From contig CAYYLC010000002.1 in assembly GCA_964472415.1 (NCBI GenBank), positions 96,470-160,469 of the forward strand: a DNA stretch of 64,000 bases. The letters are read 5' to 3'. This document shows, piece by piece, positions 57,647 to 64,000 of the stretch. This DNA comes from an uncultured Gammaproteobacteria bacterium. Lineage in GTDB: Bacteria; Patescibacteriota; Microgenomatia; Levybacterales; GWA1-39-11. The notes beneath the pieces are model-generated. The model was not told the DNA's origin, searched no databases, and saw only the letters and a list, made by a program, of their open reading frames with translations. Made by a program: the position numbers and the translations under genes. Within the stretch, counting starts at the first letter, position 1. The number at the start of each line of letters is the position of its first letter.

Positions 57647-58423
57647 TTACCCTCCTTGGAATGCGCTTCGTAGTGTTTCTCTATAAGTATCATACTCTGC
57701 CTCAACCTCTTCGTATTCCTTTTGCCATTCTCTGGAGAGATACTTCTTGAATACTTCTCTAAATACAGATAGAAACTTTAAGTAAGCATGAATATAGTAG
57801 TTAATACACCTTTTGAGATTAAGTTCATCTTCAAAATCGCAATAAGTAAAGACAACCTGATTATCAGTTTGCATTCTACCGAACCCGCTAAAAAAGATTG
57901 AACTTTTGAAGCTAGGATGTCTTCCGTATTCGGACATAAGCTCATAGATATTAAAAATGTCTGGGTATACGAGTCTGTCTTCTTCTGGGAACAGTTTTCC
58001 AAGAATACGCCTAAAAGGTTGCGATGTATCTTTCTCAGCCTTTATCCATTCTTCAATCTTTTCTGGGTTAACTGACATTTTACGAGCAGAAGCCACTGCT
58101 TCTGCAGACCTGCTTATAATAGCTGAAGCTTCTGGAATATGGGCTTGGAATATGAGTTGTCCACTTATTAGATAACCTCTAAGACAAGCCCAATACATTT
58201 GAAGTATAGGTGTTAATTCTCTTGGGTATGTATTTAGGTTGTTTGCAAGGTTCTGATACAAGTATAAAATCTTATCTGCATATTTCATTTCTTCAGGATG
58301 GCGGTTTGCTGTAGCTCTAAAGTTATTTATCTCTTCTTCTGAAACAGTTGCGAATTTTTTTGACTTAGGGTTTTTCATAAGGTGTGAATATTCTACCAAA
58401 AATTGATAAAATACGATAAACAA
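57647..58423 (-). CDS. Hypothetical protein
   Basis: 258-aa ORF. No motif. Confidence 0.45.
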   Translation of the reverse strand: MFIVFYQFLVEYSHLMKNPKSKKFATVSEEEINNFRATANRHPEEMKYADKILYLYQNLANNLNTYPRELTPILQMYWACLRGYLISGQLIFQAHIPEASAIISRSAEAVASARKMSVNPEKIEEWIKAEKDTSQPFRRILGKLFPEEDRLVYPDIFNIYELMSEYGRHPSFKSSIFFSGFGRMQTDNQVVFTYCDFEDELNLKRCINYYIHAYLKFLSVFREVFKKYLSREWQKEYEEVEAEYDTYRETLRSAFQGG

Positions 58424-58443
58424 ACATAAGTATTGAAGATGTT

Positions 58444-59523
58444 ATGACATACGAAGAAAAACTTGAACTTATACTGCAGGCATTAAGTGAAGCTCAGAAA
58501 TTCACACGCAAGGGCTATTTCACAAAGCTCTACTTTACTCGTGACAATGGCTTAAAAGATATAAACCTAAATGAAATTCACGATATTCTCTTGAAAATTC
58601 AGGACGAAGAAAAAGTAATAACGGTAAAAGAAATTCCAAGCAAAATTAAGTCTAATCTGGAATTTGATATAGATAAGGTAGAATATTTTTTGATTGATAC
58701 TCCTGAAGAATTTTCCCTTTGGTATGAGGCGCACATTTTTGAAAATATGCACAAAATTGAAAATATGGACTGGATAAACTTGCTTAAAATTTATGATGTT
58801 GCCTTAGATATAAACCAACAGCTTCAAATAGCAGGCTCTAACACAGTTTTTATTCCTTCTTTGCCTCATATGGTCAGGTTTCCTCTCTTGTTTCCTCAGG
58901 ATAGTATCGGAACAAGACGGACTTACCAAGACTATCGTATGGAAGGTGCAGACTTTTTGAGTAAAAGAGGCGGAGTTTTAGAATACAAATACATAGACAG
59001 TATGGACTTTGGGTATGGGGAAGTTAAAATTGTCGTTGACCTAATCAATTTCAGAGATTTTTTATTAAGAATTGGAAACGAGTATAAGAGGAGAAACGAA
59101 AAATACGAGAAGACACAAAAAGAGCCTAAAGTTGAAAAGCCTGTAAAGAAAATGGCAGATAAGCCACCCGAAGAAGAAAAAAAGATAGACACTGTATATG
59201 AGATTTTTTACTCTAAGCAGAGGCAGGTTCTATTAAATAATATAGAAATCGCAAGACCAGATTTTGACAGTGAGAACGAGCTTGTATTCTCTTTTTTAAT
59301 GGATAATTCCAATAAAAAGCATACAAAAGCCGAAATTGAAAAAGCTGTTGGTAAGCCGCTTACCAAAACGCTTCACAAAATCGTTGAAAACCTTGGCTTT
59401 AAGGGCGAAATAAGACAGGCATTTTTTGATGTAAGTAAGGACAGCATATGTTTTAGGAACCCAATAAGAAAAGAAGACTTGGACAAACTAGGAATTACAA
59501 AGCTAAAACTTCCCAAACAATAA
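58444..59523 (+). CDS. Hypothetical protein
   Basis: 359-aa ORF, Lys/Glu-rich linker. No motif. Confidence 0.45.
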   Translation: MTYEEKLELILQALSEAQKFTRKGYFTKLYFTRDNGLKDINLNEIHDILLKIQDEEKVITVKEIPSKIKSNLEFDIDKVEYFLIDTPEEFSLWYEAHIFENMHKIENMDWINLLKIYDVALDINQQLQIAGSNTVFIPSLPHMVRFPLLFPQDSIGTRRTYQDYRMEGADFLSKRGGVLEYKYIDSMDFGYGEVKIVVDLINFRDFLLRIGNEYKRRNEKYEKTQKEPKVEKPVKKMADKPPEEEKKIDTVYEIFYSKQRQVLLNNIEIARPDFDSENELVFSFLMDNSNKKHTKAEIEKAVGKPLTKTLHKIVENLGFKGEIRQAFFDVSKDSICFRNPIRKEDLDKLGITKLKLPKQ

Positions 59524-59604
59524 GTTTATAGGTCTGCGTTCCCTTTTATACCCAACTTATCCTACCACAACGACAGCCTTTTATTGCCGTGCTAACTTTT
59601 TGAC

Positions 59605-59757
59605 ATGGCAAGTAATGAAAAGCTAAAGTCGTTCTTAGAGCAGATGTATGGACACCCCATAAGCGATGACGAATTATCTGAATACAAAGAAAAGATAGTT
59701 AGGATATTTTCCCTACTTATAGAAGTTGATAAGAGAAATAAGAAGAAAAGTAAATGA
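59605..59757 (+). CDS. Putative small protein (51 aa) coupled to SpoVG-like gene
   Basis: ATGGCAAGTAATGAAAAG... ORF whose TGA overlaps the SpoVG-like ATG (ATGA). Under 60 aa so absent from the track. Confidence 0.3.
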   Translation: MASNEKLKSFLEQMYGHPISDDELSEYKEKIVRIFSLLIEVDKRNKKKSK

Positions 59758-60044
59758 AAATATCTGAAGTCCAAATTATTCCTGTTAAACCTCAAGATGG
59801 CTTGGTCGCTTTCGTCAGCTTTGTTCTTGATGAAAGTATTTATCTAGGTTCTATTGCAATTCTCACAAGACGAGAAGGCGGTTATAGGCTCGTATATCCT
59901 ACTAAAAAAGTTGGGTTCAGGAGCATGAATATCTTTCACCCAATAAAGAAAGAATTTGCAAACCTTATTGAAAAGGAGGTCATCAGTAAATTTGAAGATG
60001 TAATGAAAAAATATGATAGATACGATGAAGCTGACGCTAGATAA
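59754..60044 (+). CDS. SpoVG-family protein
   Basis: MKISEVQIIPVKPQDGLVAFVSFVLDESIYLGSIAILTRREGGYRLVYPTKK matches the SpoVG pattern. Confidence 0.6.
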   Translation: MKISEVQIIPVKPQDGLVAFVSFVLDESIYLGSIAILTRREGGYRLVYPTKKVGFRSMNIFHPIKKEFANLIEKEVISKFEDVMKKYDRYDEADAR

Positions 60045-61149
60045 AAATATGTTTTGGATAAAGGACATAGACCGTTTTCAAAAAGAAAGGCAAAATGCCA
60101 CAAGAGGCTATTTTACTTTGGTGCAAAATCCAACTAAATCTGAGCTCAAGAGTGGAATTTATAAGCCACGACTAACCATTACAAAAAGGTTTAATGTTTC
60201 TGGTAGATTTGAGCAAACCTTATCAATTGAGCTCTCGCTTCCCAAACTGCTTTACGGGAATAACTTTGATGAACTCCAAGACAGCGATTTGTCCTTGATT
60301 GTTGATAAACTTAGAGAGGTATTAAAGGAAATGGGCGTAAGGGTTTTTAAAACCATACTTAAATCTGCTCCTATTTCTACGGTTCACTATTCAAAAAATG
60401 TCCCACTTACTAATGGGCTTACCCCGCATTTTCTTATAGGTAAAATCAAAGAGGCAAATATCCCACTTTCCCTTGATATTAACCAGACAGACTACCGTAA
60501 TGACGGACACAGCTATAAATGGCACAGCAATTCCTATGAAGTTGCTTTCTATGACAAAATTAAAGACCTTGAGATGGCTGTGAAAAGTGATAAAAGAGCT
60601 ATTGAGAAAGACAACAGCCCACAGCTTCATCTCTTTCAGGAGCTTAGAATGAGGAAAAAGGAAGTTTTACGCATGGAAGTAAGACTTAATAATAGGCAAA
60701 AGATGAAACAACTTTTTAACAACCTCAAGCTACAAAATGAGTTTACTCTTGAGGGTTTATTTAAGACGGAAATAGCAAAGTGCATACTCCTGCACTATTT
60801 AGACGAGTTAGAAAATCAGCGACCCAAAATGCTTGATTATATTTCAAAAAATCCAAAGTCCCTTTTGGCTGAAATAATTGTGAGTAATCCCAACTTAGGA
60901 ACACTAAAGACAATTCAGGCATTTGGATTAAAACTTGCTCTTGATGCTCTCACGCCCCGTGAATTAAGAGCAATGTTTGGAAAATATCACAAAAGAAGTT
61001 GGTATAGATTATTTGCAGAAGCAAAAACTGTTCAACTCCCAAGTATAAAAAATCCTTTTGAAGTTATGAGGAAAAACCTGATAGACTTTGTGCCACTTAA
61101 ACTAGTTGACTACAATACTAAAATGATAAATAATGATAAATATAATTAG
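60013..61149 (+). CDS. Hypothetical protein, possible replication-initiation/relaxase-like (Rep-like)
   Basis: 378-aa ORF in the mobile-element context. No firm motif. Alternative start at 60025. Confidence 0.35.
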   Translation: MIDTMKLTLDKNMFWIKDIDRFQKERQNATRGYFTLVQNPTKSELKSGIYKPRLTITKRFNVSGRFEQTLSIELSLPKLLYGNNFDELQDSDLSLIVDKLREVLKEMGVRVFKTILKSAPISTVHYSKNVPLTNGLTPHFLIGKIKEANIPLSLDINQTDYRNDGHSYKWHSNSYEVAFYDKIKDLEMAVKSDKRAIEKDNSPQLHLFQELRMRKKEVLRMEVRLNNRQKMKQLFNNLKLQNEFTLEGLFKTEIAKCILLHYLDELENQRPKMLDYISKNPKSLLAEIIVSNPNLGTLKTIQAFGLKLALDALTPRELRAMFGKYHKRSWYRLFAEAKTVQLPSIKNPFEVMRKNLIDFVPLKLVDYNTKMINNDKYN

Positions 61150-61150
61150 T

Positions 61151-61327
61151 ATGTCAGGAGAGCAATATTACTCTATTGAAGAAGTTGCAGAAACCCTAAA
61201 GGTCGCATATTTAACTGTTTATCGCTGGGTTCAATCAGATAAGTTAATTTCTCATAAGGCAGGAAAGCAATATAGAATTAAAAAATCGGATTTAGACAGT
61301 TTTTTAACAGTTTATAAACGAAAATAG
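61151..61327 (+). CDS. Small helix-turn-helix DNA-binding protein (excisionase/Xis-like)
   Basis: YSIEEVAETLKVAYLTVYRWVQSDKLISHKAGKQYRIKKSDL, a MerR/Xis-type HTH. Start set at the Met just after the upstream stop. Confidence 0.5.
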   Translation: MSGEQYYSIEEVAETLKVAYLTVYRWVQSDKLISHKAGKQYRIKKSDLDSFLTVYKRK

Positions 61328-61328
61328 C

Positions 61329-62129
61329 ATGGATAACGATTTAAAAATACCAGTTGAGCAAAAAGATTACGATGAGTGCTCTACTCTTGTAAGAAGAGAG
61401 ATAAGCGAAATTATTAAAACATGTATAGATAAAGGAGAAAACAAAATCTTCATTCATACAAACTTAAAAAGAGGGCTACCGCTTGAAAATATCAATAAGG
61501 TAGCAGGTCCTTTCGTAGAAGCATGGGCTGTAGAAAAGTTTGAAGCAATTGCAGATGACCCGAATAACAAATATAAATTAATTAATGTAGAGCCAGGCGT
61601 AAGACTTGCTCCATATGATATTATCTTGCAATTCAAAAAGAAAAGAGATGGTGCTTCTGATATTGCAACTGCCAATGTGGATGTAAAAGCAACATCTGAT
61701 GATATACCTACTTCAGGTCGTAGTCCAAATATTACATCATACGGAAGAATAAGGACAGAGTATGTTAATGACCCCGATTATATATTTATAATTCTTTCTC
61801 TAAAGCATAAGGTTTATGGCGAAAGAGATGAAAAAACCGCCATGACAAACGGAATAATGGAGGTTACTTCGTATTCTGTTTATGACCTGAAATATGTAGG
61901 AGAAAGGGATATAAGCTACAATCCAGCACTAGGAACTGGTCAGTTGCAGATTAGAGATATTCACTATGTTACTGAAATAAAACGAACAACATGGGAATTT
62001 TGCCAAATGCTTGATAAAAAATATATTAATTCAAAAGGACAAGAGCCTTGGAAGAGGCTGGCAGTGTTACATGGTTGGTTGAAAGGAACAGAGCCAAAAA
62101 TTGAAGTTGCAGCAGAAGAAGTAGTATGA
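61329..62129 (+). CDS. Putative type II restriction endonuclease (PD-(D/E)xK)
   Basis: APYDIIL ... ANVDVKAT fits PD-x(n)-(D/E)xK. Overlaps the downstream methyltransferase by 4 nt. Confidence 0.45.
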   Translation: MDNDLKIPVEQKDYDECSTLVRREISEIIKTCIDKGENKIFIHTNLKRGLPLENINKVAGPFVEAWAVEKFEAIADDPNNKYKLINVEPGVRLAPYDIILQFKKKRDGASDIATANVDVKATSDDIPTSGRSPNITSYGRIRTEYVNDPDYIFIILSLKHKVYGERDEKTAMTNGIMEVTSYSVYDLKYVGERDISYNPALGTGQLQIRDIHYVTEIKRTTWEFCQMLDKKYINSKGQEPWKRLAVLHGWLKGTEPKIEVAAEEVV

Positions 62130-62926
62130 AAACAAACATATTCATATGTGAAGATGCATTAGCGCAAATGAGAAAGTTGCCAAGTGAGTCAGTAGATTTG
62201 GTAGCTACCGACCCACCTTATAACTTAGGCAAAGACTATGGGAACTCCATTGACTATAAAGAATGGCATGATTATCAGTTATTTACAGAACAGTGGCTAA
62301 CAGAAGCTATTAGGTTATTGAAGCCTAATGGAAGCATTTATATTTTCATGGGTGTTAGGTTTATCTCTAAGCTATTTACTTTACTTGAAGAAAAAGGGCT
62401 ACTCTTTAATGGTTGGATTACATGGCATTACACGCAAGGAATGGGAAGAAAAAAAGGATTTTCTCCTAGGCATGAAGATGTTCTATATTTTACGAAATCT
62501 TCCAATTTTACTTTTAATCTAGATAATGTAAGAGTTCCTCAAAAATATTTTAGGAAAAGAAACAATATGGCTGGAGCTAATCCAGGCGATGTATGGCAAT
62601 TCTCCCATGTGCATTATTCAAATCCTGAAAGGCAACCACATCCAACTCAAAAGCCACTTGCTGTAATGGAAAGGATTATTAAGGCTAGCTCAAATGAAAA
62701 TGATGTTGTGCTTGACCCATTTGTTGGGAGTGGAACGACTTGCGTAGCTGCAAATGCTCTGAAAAGAAAGTGGATAGGTATTGATACTAACCCAGATTAC
62801 ATTAAGATGTCAGAAAAAAGAGTAAAGGCTAAATATGAACTAGACTCATTTGACCCAAGAGAAGCAAGAGTGCCTAAAGATATAAAGGGGTTGGAAAAGC
62901 AAGTAAATTCTCTTCTTGAATTATGA
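62126..62926 (+). CDS. DNA N6-adenine/N4-cytosine methyltransferase (beta class, DPPY)
   Basis: Motif IV LVATDPPYNLG near the N-terminus, motif I VVLDPFVGSGTT near the C-terminus. Confidence 0.8.
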   Translation: MKTNIFICEDALAQMRKLPSESVDLVATDPPYNLGKDYGNSIDYKEWHDYQLFTEQWLTEAIRLLKPNGSIYIFMGVRFISKLFTLLEEKGLLFNGWITWHYTQGMGRKKGFSPRHEDVLYFTKSSNFTFNLDNVRVPQKYFRKRNNMAGANPGDVWQFSHVHYSNPERQPHPTQKPLAVMERIIKASSNENDVVLDPFVGSGTTCVAANALKRKWIGIDTNPDYIKMSEKRVKAKYELDSFDPREARVPKDIKGLEKQVNSLLEL

Positions 62927-64000
62927 AGACGATAGTAATCGCTAGGGTAAGCACGGAAGAACAAAAAGAAGCGGGAAACTCGCTACCCGCTCAAATAGCC
63001 CGTCTCAAAAAATATTCTCAAAATAACGGTTTTGAAATCATTAAAGAAGTGAGTTTTGATGAAAGTGCATATAAAACAAAGAGAAACGATTTTGACAATA
63101 TTCTTGATTTTATTCTTGGACAAAAGGAAAAAATAGCGGTCTGTTTTGACAAGGTAGATAGGTTATCACGCAACATCTTTGATAAAAGAATAGCTGACCT
63201 CTATGATATGGCTTTGAAAGATGAAATTGAATTGCATTTTGTATCAGATGGTCAGGTTATAAATAGTCATTTGTCAGCAGTAGAAAAATTTAACTTCAGC
63301 ATAAGTCTTGGGCTTGCAAAATACTATTCAGATGCAATAAGCGACAATGTGAAGCGAGCTCAGGAGCAAATGCTAAGAAGCGGAATATATCCCACTAAGC
63401 CTTCATTTGGCTACAAAAGAGTTCCTGTAAGTAAAGATAAAACTGAAATAGTTGTAGATGAATATGCTTCTCGCATTATTCAAAAGGCTTATGAGTTATA
63501 CGCAACAGGTAGTTTTTCAATGGATTTACTGCGAAAGAAATTCAAAGAAGACTATGGCGTTAATTGGTCACATGGCTGGACAGATAAAATCCTCAAAGAC
63601 CATTTCTATTATGGTGTTATGACTTGGAATAAAAAACAATATCCGCATAAATACGAGCCTATTATTTCAAAGGCACTCTTTGACCAAGTTCAACAAATAA
63701 AGGCGGGTTTTAATAAGAAAAGGTTCAAATATGCGGGCTTACCCTACATATACCGTGGGTTGCTAAGGTGTGGGCAATGCGGCCTCTCTATAACGCCAGA
63801 AAAGCAAAAGGGGCATGTGTATTACCACTGCACTCAATATAAGGGTAAACACGGTGCGGAATGGCTACGAGAGGAAGAAATTACTAACCAGATAGGAAAT
63901 GTTTTTAAGAACCTACAGCTTCCTGAAGAAGTCCTAGGGCAAATCGTTGAAGCATTAAGCACCACTCATCAGAGCAAGATGGAATTTCAAAATAAGCAGT
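62923..64000 (+). CDS. Large serine recombinase (partial, continues beyond window)
   Basis: IVIARVSTEEQ catalytic Ser region, resolvase domain, recombinase domain, zinc ribbon CGQCG...C. Confidence 0.8.
   Translation, partial: MKTIVIARVSTEEQKEAGNSLPAQIARLKKYSQNNGFEIIKEVSFDESAYKTKRNDFDNILDFILGQKEKIAVCFDKVDRLSRNIFDKRIADLYDMALKDEIELHFVSDGQVINSHLSAVEKFNFSISLGLAKYYSDAISDNVKRAQEQMLRSGIYPTKPSFGYKRVPVSKDKTEIVVDEYASRIIQKAYELYATGSFSMDLLRKKFKEDYGVNWSHGWTDKILKDHFYYGVMTWNKKQYPHKYEPIISKALFDQVQQIKAGFNKKRFKYAGLPYIYRGLLRCGQCGLSITPEKQKGHVYYHCTQYKGKHGAEWLREEEITNQIGNVFKNLQLPEEVLGQIVEALSTTHQSKMEFQNKQ

Larger units (their letters stand above)
59605..64000 (+). mobile_element. Putative integrated element (serine-recombinase type) carrying an R-M system. 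Left boundary uncertain and may start near 57.6 kb.
   Basis: Co-oriented block: small ORF, SpoVG-like, Rep-like, Xis-like HTH, REase, MTase, large serine recombinase at the window edge. Confidence 0.45.

Noticed and set aside
1-64000. CRISPR arrays, rRNA genes, IS elements with terminal inverted repeats
   Set aside because: No regularly spaced direct repeats, rRNA-like conserved stretches or transposase ORFs were seen anywhere in the window.

Overview
A low-GC chromosomal segment from a small-genome bacterium. Many secreted and membrane hypotheticals plus a streamlined gene set suggest a CPR/Patescibacteria-like organism (inference). The segment carries the replication origin: dnaA-dnaN on the minus strand, with DnaA boxes in both flanking intergenic regions. 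Clear housekeeping islands are smpB followed by a tmRNA gene, nrdR-nrdJ (B12-dependent class II RNR) with a PduO-type cobalamin adenosyltransferase immediately downstream, a tandem tRNA-Ser pair, a tRNA-Ile with the rare UAU anticodon, truB, and a Ni-superoxide dismutase. The dominant feature is a Gram-positive-style, minimal type IV secretion/conjugation-like system spread over ~24-45 kb. It comprises a VirB6/TrbL-like glycine-zipper channel protein, a 1276-aa giant orphan protein, an AAA-ATPase fused to an OmpR-type winged helix, four VirB2-like pilin paralogs (one with a ~400-aa N-terminal extension), a PrgI/VirB3-like protein with a C-terminal extension, a VirB4 ATPase with Pro/Gln-rich tails, and cell-wall hydrolases (SGNH+CHAP). 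A VirD4/TraG-like coupling ATPase sits separately at 9.5-11.9 kb, bracketed by tRNA genes. No relaxase is obvious inside the cluster. The 3' end (~59.6-64 kb, possibly from 57.6 kb) looks like an integrated mobile element: SpoVG-like, a Rep-like protein, a small HTH, a type II R-M pair (PD-(D/E)xK nuclease + DPPY methyltransferase) and a large serine recombinase running off the window. All product calls are from motif recognition by eye; no database searches were run.
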